Below are positions 1 through 8,742 of a stretch of 33,320 nt of DNA, in pieces. The stretch comes from a bacterium (lineage in GTDB: Bacteria > Zhuqueibacterota > Zhuqueibacteria > Oceanimicrobiales > Oceanimicrobiaceae). The stretch is from positions 1 to 33,320 of the forward strand of contig JBHHXT010000037.1 in NCBI GenBank assembly GCA_046757165.1, read 5' to 3'. The position numbers and the translations under genes are program-made. A model generated the notes under the pieces. That model was not told the DNA's origin and did no database searches. It worked only from the letters and a program-made list of their open reading frames with translations. The number at the start of each line of letters is the position of its first letter. Position 1 is the stretch's first letter.

Positions 1-26
1 CGCCAAGAGAATCCTGAGTATTCCAT
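1..26 (-). CDS. 5' end of a gene running off the window (MEYSGFSW...), possibly RDD family
   Basis: ATG at 26 preceded by GAGGAAGG RBS; YSGF.WR resembles the YAGFWRR start of RDD proteins; only 8 codons visible. Confidence 0.35.
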
Positions 27-218
27 GGTCCCTTCCTCGCTTGCCTAAAAGCTTCACAACCTGAAAATTTACGATATTTCGACGAGAAAGTCTACAAGTT
101 TTCGCCAGTTCAGAATGCCAGTGGAGAATTTGAATCACTAGTTTGTTTATTTAGAAATCGTGCAGGAACATTGCCGCTTGTTACGGTTCCTGGAGCACAG
201 ATGTTGCAGGAAAAAACA

Positions 219-248
219 TTGACTTTCACCAAAATTTTTGCTTATTTA
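219..248 (+). promoter_or_regulatory. Putative sigma70 promoter of tmRNA
   Basis: TTGACT at 219-224 followed after 17-18 nt by an AT-rich TTATTT/TATTTA; weak -10. Confidence 0.45.
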
Positions 249-261
249 GTTTGATGTTTTT

Positions 262-626
262 GGGGACGACATGGCTTCGACGGGGGTCGAGAAGCTGAGA
301 ATTGCATGCCGAGGTTTTTCCGGGTCCTCGCTAAAGAACTGGAAACTAGAATTAAACGCAGACAATTATGCGTATGCAATGGCTGCCTAACTTAACTTAG
401 CGTAGCCCGTTTTGTCGGGGCTTGGCCACGGAGCCCGGATGAAGCGTCGATTCTTGTGGCTATATCTTCCCGCTCGCTCGAGGTGGGGAGATGAATCTTC
501 TCGAGCTGGCTGCAGCGGGTTTTGTTTGTTGTACCCCCGGCGGCGAGATTCAATCAACAAACTAAGCATGTAGACGTTCTTGGTGACTGTCCTTCGGACG
601 CGGGTTCGATTCCCGCCGTCTCCACC
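262..626 (+). ncRNA. ssrA: tmRNA; tag peptide ADNYAYAMAA* (358-390)
   Basis: 5' GGGGACG pairs with 3' CGTCTCC(A) with a G3.U wobble; TTCGAC near 5' end; T-arm GCGGGTTCGATTCCCGC; internal tag ORF ending AA-stop. Confidence 0.97.
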
Positions 627-666
627 CATTCAACTTTGGCGCCGGACATCCTTTACGGAAAAGACA

Positions 667-775
667 GTCATTTGTGCTTCGCACGTCATTTGTTGTCATT
701 TGCCCTGCGGCGTCATTGAGCAAGGAGGACCAAATGACGCCCGCAGGGCAAATGACGGCGCGAAGCGCTAATGAT
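667..775. repeat. Palindromic GTCATT/AATGAC repeat between convergent genes
   Basis: GTCATTTGCCCTGCGGCGTCATT ... AATGACGCCCGCAGGGCAAATGAC inverted arms; several GTCATT units. Confidence 0.75.
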
Positions 776-817
776 TCTTTTTGCAGCGAGGTCGGCGAAA
801 TAAAGCAGACTCTTCAC

Positions 818-1678
818 TTATTGTGCCGGCGTGACCTCGAAGTCCCCTCCATCGCGGTCCCACGGAATCATCAGATAGTTTGGGGTCAGCTCTTTTAGAT
901 TTGACCCGATGCTCTCCAGCAGTCCCGGTGGAATTTCCTCATGCATGATGTGCATGAACGGAATGACCCGGTACCTGGCGGGCGGCAGGTTGAGACTGCT
1001 GATCGAGAAGGAAGCAGACCGTGTTACCGGAGCCACACCGACGAGCACGACTTCCCGCGTGGTCACGGGCAAACTCTCGAAGATGAAAACGGCCTCACTC
1101 TCGACATTCTGGACAAATATCGGCCCCAGGAATCCGGCGGAAGTGTTGGGGAAGACCACCGTCACGGTATCTGCACCACTGGCGACGGTTTGCAGTTCGA
1201 CGTTGACCCTGATACCGCCATTATCATTGAAGCGAACAGAGCTCGGCTCCACCTCCGTCGTGGTGGAAAGAAACTTTTGCATGCGCTTAGGCTGACGTAG
1301 CTCGCCTTCCGCATTGAGCCCTGCCTCGTCAAACACGAACTCGCCATTTCGTAAAACGACTTCTACGAAATCCAGCTTATAGTTGGCCACAAAGAAATAG
1401 AGTTTGAACACACCGGTCACCTCACCTTTGACCCCGGATGGTAAAGTCAACGAGAATTGGCCATTTTCGTTTGTGAAGACCCCCTGCTCGAACCCTTCAA
1501 GCCAGACATAAACTTTGTCGGGATGGTTCTCCTCGTCCAACTGCACTCTGCCTGAGATTTTCCTGTTTCCCGCGCCGATTTTGTCTTTGCCAACCGGGTT
1601 GCTCGTGCAACCGGCAAGCAGGCCGATGACCAGGAAAACCAAACCCATGGTAAAGAAGACGCTCTTGATTTCCATCAT
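818..1678 (-). CDS. Hypothetical lipoprotein, carboxypeptidase-regulatory/Ig-like N-terminal domain
   Basis: 286 aa; lipobox LLAG-C; ISGRV...VYVWL...TNENGQFSL pattern; GGAG RBS. Confidence 0.8.
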   Translation of the reverse strand: MMEIKSVFFTMGLVFLVIGLLAGCTSNPVGKDKIGAGNRKISGRVQLDEENHPDKVYVWLEGFEQGVFTNENGQFSLTLPSGVKGEVTGVFKLYFFVANYKLDFVEVVLRNGEFVFDEAGLNAEGELRQPKRMQKFLSTTTEVEPSSVRFNDNGGIRVNVELQTVASGADTVTVVFPNTSAGFLGPIFVQNVESEAVFIFESLPVTTREVVLVGVAPVTRSASFSISSLNLPPARYRVIPFMHIMHEEIPPGLLESIGSNLKELTPNYLMIPWDRDGGDFEVTPAQ

Positions 1679-1736
1679 TCTCCACTCGGGTTGATGTTAC
1701 AGCGACAGATTCTTTCTAAACTTGTCAACGGATTCA

Positions 1737-1920
1737 GGTGTTCACGCTTCAGCGATGTCCACGCAAGGCGCGGATTTGGATGACAGTAAACCGGCGTGTC
1801 CCAACCGCCCCGCAAGCTGAAGCTTGAACACCGGCCCGCTCCGAGTCGAGAGTTCACTGTAGCGTATTTACTCGGAAGCGTGTTTTCCCTCCCCCTCAGC
1901 AAGCTGAAGCTTGAACACCG
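1737..1920. repeat. BIME-like cluster of REP-type units (GGTGTTCAMGCTTCAGC) in alternating orientation
   Basis: Forward copy at 1737; reverse copies GCAAGCTGAAGCTTGAACACCG at 1812 and 1899; degenerate forward copy near 1850. Confidence 0.8.
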
Positions 1921-1933
1921 CCCCCCCCGCGCC

Positions 1934-3439
1934 TCATTCCTGCACCGAACGTGCGACTCGAAAACCGAAGCGTGCAAATGCCAGCTCTGCCGCCGGAGCG
2001 GGATTGGCGGGCGAAAAATTGTTATAAGCAACACGCACCGCCGAGCGACAAAAGGAGGCCGAACTCAGGGAGCCTCCGCCGCGCACAACGGTGACCAAAT
2101 CGAAGCGACCCACGGGTCTTGCAGAACCCGGGCCGATCGGATTCGAGGAAGGGCTGCGGGAATAAAAGTCAGCCGCGTACTCATCGAAAACATGTTCCGC
2201 AACATTGCCGGCCAGGTCGAACAAGCCAAAGGGATTGGGCGCAAAGGTTCCGACTGGCGCCAGGTCTGTGAAAATATCCTTGCCGCCAACACCGTCGTAG
2301 TTGGCCAGGTCGTGCGTCAGAGTGCCGTCTGCTGTGCCAAACTCCAGACGCTGATCTGCCCGGCTGGCGCGCTCCCACTCCGCCTCGGTCGGCAGCCGCA
2401 GCCCGAAGAAGTCACAAAACGCCGCCGCACCAAACCATGTAATCCGGGTTACCGGAAAGCTCCCGATATCAGAAGCCATGACCACATCAAACCCGCCCTC
2501 CTCGAACTTGATGAACTCGGGAGCGCCCGGGATACCAGAAAAACTCATATAAAAGAACGGCAGATACGGTCCGGTCAGGGGGAAAATCTGGCCATTATCC
2601 ACGACGATATCTCCGCGGCGAAAGGCCAGATTCAAAAACCGGATGTACTCTGCATTGGTGATTTCAAACTTGCCGATGTCGTAGGCATCGAGAAACACTT
2701 CGTGCTCAGGCTGCTCGTCATCCCGGCCGTTGGCGTCTCCCATCAGAAAGCTGCCAGCAGGAATGCGCTCCATCTCAAAGGGACTGTCGTAAACAGGCTG
2801 CACAATGGCCGTGCTGGTGATGGTCAGGCCGGTGAAGGTCGCTTGCACGGTGACCGTCTCCGGTGCGGCCACACCCGGGAATGTTTGCAGTAACCCGGGC
2901 ACGGTCATCTCAGCGACAACGTTATTCGGCATAAGGGCCCACGATACTTCATCGGTTACGAATTCTAACCGGGTCGGCGACCCCGGGACGACAAAAGTAG
3001 CAAGGCCCTCGAATTGCACGCCATCGCCTGCCTGCACATGTACGAACGCGGGCCGGGTCGTGAAGCGCGTAGCCCCCTGCTCCACGTCGATCTCGACCGT
3101 AGCCGTCTGACTTTGAAACGCAAATTGTACGGTTTCGCGTCCAGTCTTATTGCTGAAGGCTTGAAATAATCCGGTTTGAGTGATCGCGCCTGCCAGTCCT
3201 GGCGAAACACTCCACGATCCCTCCCGACTCACGTCCCGCGTCTCGCCGCCAGAAAGGGTCGCCATGGCTGTCAGCTGAATCTGTCCGCCAGCGAACGTCT
3301 TGAACGTATCTGCCACAATCTCGAGCGTTGTCGTGGCGGCCGGTGGATTCGCGGGATTGTCCCGGCAAGCAACGAGAGACAGCAGCACACAAGCGGATAC
3401 GATTGTACTCCATTGGGTTGTGTTTGTCGTGTTTTGCAT
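1934..3439 (-). CDS. Lipoprotein with two Ig-like (Big_2-like) domains and C-terminal FGE-sulfatase (SUMF1/EgtB/PvdO) domain
   Basis: Lipobox LVA-C; IPAGSFLMG, E.P.HEV, FEITN, RLPTEAEWE, PNPFGLFDLAGNVAE, RGG, GFRVAR motifs. Confidence 0.9.
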   Translation of the reverse strand: MQNTTNTTQWSTIVSACVLLSLVACRDNPANPPAATTTLEIVADTFKTFAGGQIQLTAMATLSGGETRDVSREGSWSVSPGLAGAITQTGLFQAFSNKTGRETVQFAFQSQTATVEIDVEQGATRFTTRPAFVHVQAGDGVQFEGLATFVVPGSPTRLEFVTDEVSWALMPNNVVAEMTVPGLLQTFPGVAAPETVTVQATFTGLTITSTAIVQPVYDSPFEMERIPAGSFLMGDANGRDDEQPEHEVFLDAYDIGKFEITNAEYIRFLNLAFRRGDIVVDNGQIFPLTGPYLPFFYMSFSGIPGAPEFIKFEEGGFDVVMASDIGSFPVTRITWFGAAAFCDFFGLRLPTEAEWERASRADQRLEFGTADGTLTHDLANYDGVGGKDIFTDLAPVGTFAPNPFGLFDLAGNVAEHVFDEYAADFYSRSPSSNPIGPGSARPVGRFDLVTVVRGGGSLSSASFCRSAVRVAYNNFSPANPAPAAELAFARFGFRVARSVQE

Positions 3440-3634
3440 TTTCTTGCACGATTGGGGGACTTCCTGGAGTGAATTGCATGTGTCAGCTCATGTCTCGATG
3501 ACACTGGACGCACTCCAAAAACTTACGGCTACGCCGCGCCGGGTAAGACCTCAAAACACCTCATAGTACACTCACTTACTGCTTTCTATTCCGGTGTCGC
3601 AGCCCTTTTGATTATTACTGCTTGACAAGCCCAC

Positions 3635-3665
3635 AAAAAAAAGGGCGTCTCATCGAGACGCCCTT
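3635..3665 (-). terminator. Intrinsic terminator
   Basis: AAGGGCGTCT/AGACGCCCTT stem with a T-run on the minus strand, downstream of the 3721-4290 gene. Confidence 0.85.
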
Positions 3666-3720
3666 CGTCTATCAAATCATGCAGGACAACCGCATGCCGT
3701 TTTCCAGCTTCACCGCAAGG

Positions 3721-4290
3721 CTATCGAATCCCTGGCGAAGGACAGAATCCCGAGCCCCCGACAACCACGCTGACGCCGCCGGCCCCGACGCCCTCGCCTT
3801 TCTTACGACCAAAGGAATCGTATTCGCTGCCCGGCACATCACCGTTCACAGGCGAAAAGCCGCCCACTGAGTCCGCTGCCACAGCATGGGTGATGAAAGT
3901 GAATGAGTCGCGCAAGTCACTCAGCGCGGCCAGCGACGCTGTAACGACCGCATCACGATTCATGTTGCCTTTGACCACACTGCTCGCCCGACCGCTCGCC
4001 TCCAGAGCCTCGCGATTGGGAAGGCCATATTCCTCCGACGCCTGTGCCCGCTGCTGGCCTGACAAATCCGGGTTCTCTTTGATGGTTTGGAGATCGAAGA
4101 CGATTTCGTCTGCATGGCGTGCTTGCTGAGCCACTCGAGCCCCAACCCAATACGACCCGAGTGCGGCACCGAAAAAAACGTGCAACAAAAGGGAAATGCC
4201 GAGTGCGCCCCTGGGCGTCACGCGACGATGGAATCGTCCCTGGATGCCCTCCTTCATTTGCCTGAATCGAGTGAGTAAATCGAATTGCAT
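3721..4290 (-). CDS. Hypothetical single-TM protein (TonB-like N-terminal anchor SLLLH)
   Basis: ATG at 4290 with GAAGGTG RBS; ISLLLHVFFG TM segment; no TonB C-terminal domain seen; terminator follows. Confidence 0.65.
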   Translation of the reverse strand: MQFDLLTRFRQMKEGIQGRFHRRVTPRGALGISLLLHVFFGAALGSYWVGARVAQQARHADEIVFDLQTIKENPDLSGQQRAQASEEYGLPNREALEASGRASSVVKGNMNRDAVVTASLAALSDLRDSFTFITHAVAADSVGGFSPVNGDVPGSEYDSFGRKKGEGVGAGGVSVVVGGSGFCPSPGIR

Positions 4291-4485
4291 AAGAACACCT
4301 TCTGTTAAGAAATTAGATGACTCCCTACACCACATAGTACCTCAAATGTGAGTGAATTATTCCCGCAAGATGGATTTGAATCGTGCTGTGGCCAAAGGAG
4401 CTTCGCTCCTGGATATTGCACGATGCGGTCTTATGAGAGTTTTGCCCAATTGATCCGGTCATCTATTTATATAGGCCATATAGGC

Positions 4486-4558
4486 CTAACCCGGACAAGC
4501 CCGAAGAAGGCGCGGGATTGACAACCGGGAATTCGAAACCCTAAGCTCCAAATCCAAG
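4486..4558 (+). repeat. Dispersed ~75-bp repeat, copy 1
   Basis: CCGGACAAGCCCG..GAAGGCGCGGGATT.GACAACCGG.AATTC.AAA.CCTA..CTCCAAAT, shared with 12596-12671. Confidence 0.85.
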
Positions 4559-4675
4559 ACGTCGTGATTATGATTTCACCCGCCAGGTTTTGTCGATGTT
4601 TGGCGTACGCGCCTCAACTTCATGCCCTTGTCCTGGATTTGATTGGACTTATCCCTTAAACCAGTGGAGGAGAAA

Positions 4676-5992
4676 ATGTACAGAACAAGGTCCCTCATGT
4701 TAGCGCTGTTGGGGGTTCTGGCGAGTGGATGCGTGGCATCTCGCCCGAAGTCGACCGCTCTTGAAAGATGGGGAGCATCACAAACCACGCGCAATGACGC
4801 GTTCATCCAGAAGCTGCTGGATAAAGCTTATGGTTTGCTTTACGATGAAAATGAATTCAGCAAAGCACGCGCGTACTACTCGTTTGTTCTCGACATGGAG
4901 CCGAACAATGCCGAAGCGAATCTTGGGTTGAGTTTTGCCAACCGTTACCTCGGATACAACGAGCAAGCTCTGGAGGCCTGCGCAAAAGCGATTGCGCTGG
5001 ATTCGTTGGCACCGGCAGCGCAGTGGAATTACGGCGAGCTGCTGTGGCCCTGGCGCGGGGTAACATTGGATGAAGCCCTCACGGATAAGGAGCGAATCAG
5101 GCTCAGCATCCGCTATTTCAACCGGGCGACCTCCTCCGGGCGACCGACCTCGAAGCATGCGCACATCAGCCTTTGGACGGCCTACATGGCGTTGTGCCAG
5201 CCTGACAAAATGCACGAGCAGATGTTGGAGATGAAGCGGCGCGACTACTTCCCCCAACCCGTGCTGGACTTCGCTTATAACCTGCTGATCGGGCTTGACC
5301 AGAACGCCATCTTGATCACTAACGGCGACATGGACACCTATCCGACCATCTGCATGCAGGAGGCGTTTGGGGTTCGGCCTGACGTGCTCATCATCAACCA
5401 AAGTCTCATCGGACTTCCGCTCGTGGTCAGGTGCATGTTGAGAGAATTCGACATGACGTTGCCGGATGAATATCCGGTCGGCGACCAGAGCATGCCCGCC
5501 GGCGACGAGGTGCTGAACAATGTGATCGAAAGCGCACGCAAGCAAAACCGCTCAGTCTATTTCGCCATTACCATCGCAAAGGATCTGTTGAAATTGCATG
5601 AGAGCGACCTGACGCTTGAAGGCGTCGTGTTCAAGTTCGATGATGTGAGCGCACGCGGACGTATAGATATTGCAAAACTCGAAGAGAACATGACCCAGAC
5701 CTACCGGCTGGCCATTCCAGGGGCTTTGAGCGATTGGTCCTCAAACCTCTCCCCTACGACGCGAAACGTGGAGTCTGCCTTTCTTTATAACTACATTTTG
5801 CTCAACGCCATATTGGCCGGGCACCACGCAGAGCAAGGGGAGACACAGATGGCGGTTTCCTACTACAAAGAAATCATCAAGCTCTATTCTCTCCTGGATA
5901 ATGATGAAGGGATGATTAATATCCTGCGGCAATGGCTCAGCGATGAACCCGAGAATCCGGAAGTCAAGTTCCTGGCCAACAAGTATTTGTAG
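4676..5992 (+). CDS. TPR lipoprotein with DUF2723/TMEM260-like C-terminal soluble domain
   Basis: GGAGGAG RBS; lipobox ASG-C; TPR helices; NAILITNGDMDTYP...GVRPDVLIINQSL and VYFA motifs. Confidence 0.8.
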   Translation: MYRTRSLMLALLGVLASGCVASRPKSTALERWGASQTTRNDAFIQKLLDKAYGLLYDENEFSKARAYYSFVLDMEPNNAEANLGLSFANRYLGYNEQALEACAKAIALDSLAPAAQWNYGELLWPWRGVTLDEALTDKERIRLSIRYFNRATSSGRPTSKHAHISLWTAYMALCQPDKMHEQMLEMKRRDYFPQPVLDFAYNLLIGLDQNAILITNGDMDTYPTICMQEAFGVRPDVLIINQSLIGLPLVVRCMLREFDMTLPDEYPVGDQSMPAGDEVLNNVIESARKQNRSVYFAITIAKDLLKLHESDLTLEGVVFKFDDVSARGRIDIAKLEENMTQTYRLAIPGALSDWSSNLSPTTRNVESAFLYNYILLNAILAGHHAEQGETQMAVSYYKEIIKLYSLLDNDEGMINILRQWLSDEPENPEVKFLANKYL

Positions 5993-6029
5993 GAACGGCC
6001 TTGGGTTCAAGGCTTGATGTGAGCGGTGG

Positions 6030-7373
6030 TTAGAACTTAGGCCTCCAACTGCCGTTGCCATTCGGCCGGCCCACTGAAAAATAATCGATGTCCAGCTTTT
6101 TGAGCCGTGTGGGGTCATATAAATTGCGGCCGTCGAAAATCACAGGCGTTTTCAAACTTTCCTTGATCAGGTAGAAATCCGGCTCTCGGAAGGCATTCCA
6201 CTCGGTCATCACGATCAGGGCGTCTGCCTCCTCGAGCGCGTCATATCTTTTTTCGTGCAGGTAGAGCTCCCGGCCAATGCGCTCACCGAAAATCCTCTCG
6301 GCCTCGGCCAGGGCTTCCGGGTCATGTCCTTTCACCGTCGCGCCTTTGGCTGTCAGGCTGTTGATCATATCGATAGCCGGCGCCTCACGCATATCGTCGG
6401 TTTTTGGCTTGAAGGCCAGGCCCCACATCGCAAAGGTTTTGCCTTCCAGGTTGCCGCCGAAGTACTCGTTGATTTTGTTCATCAAAATGGTTTTCTGCCG
6501 CTGGTTGACTTTTTCGACCGCTTTGATGATCTCCAGGTCATAGTCATTGTCCTCGGCTGTTTGGATGAGCGCTTGCACATCTTTCGGGAAGCAGGAGCCG
6601 CCATAGCCAGTGCCGGGATAGATGAAACTCGGGCCGATGCGGCTGTCCGTGCCGATGCCCTTGCGCACCATTTCCACGTCTGCACCCAGCATGTCACAGA
6701 GATTGGCGATATCGTTGATGAAAGAGATCTTGGTGGCCAGCAAAGCGTTGGCAGCATACTTGGTGAGCTCTGCGCTGCGGCGGTCCATCACCAAAATCGG
6801 TTTACCGGAGCGCACGAACGGACGATACAGGTTGCGCATGATCTCGGCTGCTTCCTCATTACCGGCCCCGAGCACCACACGGTCCGGACGCAGAAAATCA
6901 TCAATCGCCGCGCCCTCTTTCAGAAATTCAGGATTGGCGACAACGGCAAATTTGTGGTCTGTGTATTTCTTGATCTCCGCTTCCACCTTCTCTGCCGTGC
7001 CCACCGGCACCGTGCTCTTGTCCACCACCACTTTGAAGCCGTTCATATATTTGCCGATGTCGCGCGCAACCGTGAGCACATGCTTCAAATCCGCCGAGCC
7101 ATTCTCGTCCGGCGGCGTGCCCACTGCAATGAAGATAATTTGCGATTGCTCGACCGCCTCCTTGAGTTCAGTGGTAAAAAAGAGCCGATCCCCTCTGACA
7201 TTGCGCCGCACCATATCGGAAAGACCCGGTTCATAGATCGGAATCGTTCCGTTGTTCAGGCTGTTGATTTTCTGTTCATCGACGTCGACACAAGTCACCT
7301 CGTTTCCGGTATCCGCAAAACAGGTCCCGGCGACCAGTCCAACATATCCGGTCCCGACGATAGAAATCTTCAT
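6030..7373 (-). CDS. ugd: UDP-glucose 6-dehydrogenase
   Basis: GTGYVG, NPEFLKEG, catalytic GYGGSCFPKD, GLAFKPKTDDMRE. Confidence 0.95.
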   Translation of the reverse strand: MKISIVGTGYVGLVAGTCFADTGNEVTCVDVDEQKINSLNNGTIPIYEPGLSDMVRRNVRGDRLFFTTELKEAVEQSQIIFIAVGTPPDENGSADLKHVLTVARDIGKYMNGFKVVVDKSTVPVGTAEKVEAEIKKYTDHKFAVVANPEFLKEGAAIDDFLRPDRVVLGAGNEEAAEIMRNLYRPFVRSGKPILVMDRRSAELTKYAANALLATKISFINDIANLCDMLGADVEMVRKGIGTDSRIGPSFIYPGTGYGGSCFPKDVQALIQTAEDNDYDLEIIKAVEKVNQRQKTILMNKINEYFGGNLEGKTFAMWGLAFKPKTDDMREAPAIDMINSLTAKGATVKGHDPEALAEAERIFGERIGRELYLHEKRYDALEEADALIVMTEWNAFREPDFYLIKESLKTPVIFDGRNLYDPTRLKKLDIDYFSVGRPNGNGSWRPKF

Positions 7374-7675
7374 TACCTTTTCCCTTTCTGTGGTCCCAAT
7401 TGAATCTAATCAGTTCCTATTCATCGGCAATTCTCGAGCAAGAATTAGCGCTCTCGAATTACGCCAACAGCGTGTCTTAGTAGAAAACACTAATAATTTT
7501 ACCGGCGAAATTCTGGTTTTGGCGAAACAAGGTCAGACATATTAACGACACTCAATGATTGCCCGCGGCCCAATGAACCCATGCTGGCCGCAAATTCATC
7601 ACATGACCCCCAATTTGAATGTCCTCCATTTTGGGGAGACCGTTAATTCAAGCCTGAGTCAACATCCCGCCTTTG

Positions 7676-7832
7676 CGTTTTCGCGTCAACTTGAGGAATT
7701 TTGACCCTAAGTTTGTAGTCATGCCCCGTGGTGGGGCACAATTTTGAACTCAGCAATTGCGGCCCACAAGGGGCCGGACTACAAAAATGGCCGCATTTTG
7801 AGGCGAAAACCGCTTAGGTTGACGCCAAAACG
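7676..7832. mobile_element. 157-bp MITE-like element with 20-bp imperfect TIRs and 6-bp TSD
   Basis: TIRs CGTTTTCGCGTCAACTTGAG / CTTAGGTTGACGCCAAAACG (17/20); CCTTTG at 7670-7675 and 7833-7838; internal GTAGTC...GACTAC REP-like hairpin. Confidence 0.75.
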
Positions 7833-7843
7833 CCTTTGCGGGA

Positions 7844-7904
7844 CAACCGTGTTTTGGGTACAAATCTGAGAGGGATACACAGTTGCAAACTGTGTAGGAT
7901 CACT
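7844..7904. repeat. REP-like ACACAGTTGCAAACTGTGT element, truncated copy
   Basis: About 55/61 identical to the reverse complement of 13582-13642. Confidence 0.85.
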
Positions 7905-7973
7905 CTTTCTCCATTCTTGAATTTAGATGGTTGCGGAAATTAGCGAAGCGGTTTCCGCAAGCGAGGCAATTCC

Positions 7974-8002
7974 TTGACTTTTTGCTTCCAGTTCTTTAAC
8001 TT
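7974..8002 (+). promoter_or_regulatory. Sigma70-type promoter
   Basis: TTGACT-N17-TAACTT, 38 nt before the ATG at 8041. Confidence 0.65.
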
Positions 8003-8040
8003 GTTCAGAAGTATCCCCTGCTTCTACAACGGAGGGATGA

Positions 8041-8670
8041 ATGCCGCAAAAAGAAAAGAAAGATAGCAGCGTCGTCGTGGTGGGGCTGCCGGGCAGTCTC
8101 AGACCGGGGAGCCATACGCGAATGGCGGTCGATATCGCTTTGCAGGGCGCTCGCGAGGTCGGTGCGATCACCCACCTGGTCGATTTGAGCGAATACACGT
8201 TGAGCTTCTGCGATGGCCGCGAGGATGAGTCGACGTATCCTGCGGACGTGATGAAACTGCGTGAGCTTGTCGGCCAGGCGCACGGGATCATCCTGGGCAC
8301 GCCCGAGTATCACGGCAGTTTCAGCGGCGTCCTGAAGAACGCGCTTGATTTGATGGGGTTTGACGAGTTCCAGGGCAAAATGCTTGGCTTGATCGGCGTA
8401 TCCGGCGGCGCGCTCGGAGCCACCAACGCTCTGAGCAACTTGCGCATGGTCGGTCGAGCCCTGCACGCCTGGCTGGTTCCGGAGCAGGCATCCATCCCGG
8501 AGGCATGGAAGGTTTTTGATGCGGCAGGAAATCTCAAAGATGAAAAATTGCAGCAGCGGCTGCAGGAGGTCGGACGTCAGGTGGCCCGTTTTGCCTACCT
8601 GCACACCTCCCGGGCAGCACAAGACTTTCTAAAAACCTGGGAAGGCGCGCCCATGAATCCTGGGGGTTAG
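8041..8670 (+). CDS. NAD(P)H-dependent FMN reductase (flavodoxin-like)
   Basis: GSLRPGSHT, GTPEYHGSFSGVLKNALD, SGGALG; GGAGG RBS. Confidence 0.93.
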   Translation: MPQKEKKDSSVVVVGLPGSLRPGSHTRMAVDIALQGAREVGAITHLVDLSEYTLSFCDGREDESTYPADVMKLRELVGQAHGIILGTPEYHGSFSGVLKNALDLMGFDEFQGKMLGLIGVSGGALGATNALSNLRMVGRALHAWLVPEQASIPEAWKVFDAAGNLKDEKLQQRLQEVGRQVARFAYLHTSRAAQDFLKTWEGAPMNPGG

Positions 8671-8742
8671 CTCGAGCAGACGAAACGGCGACCGGGTCCA
8701 GGCCTTTCGACGATGATTGGCAAAACAAATGGAGGGAGAAAT

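Noticed and set aside
387..898. Short ORFs over tmRNA and downstream palindrome
   Set aside because: Overlap the RNA gene and repeat; no coding signature
1737..1920. CRISPR array
   Set aside because: Only two direct copies, alternating with inverted copies; no cas genes; fits REP/BIME
1934..2120. DGR variable region in the FGE/CLec domain
   Set aside because: No template repeat or reverse transcriptase visible in the window
1796..7403. Long plus-strand ORFs 1796-2893 and 6255-7403
   Set aside because: Antisense shadows of well-supported genes; no motifs
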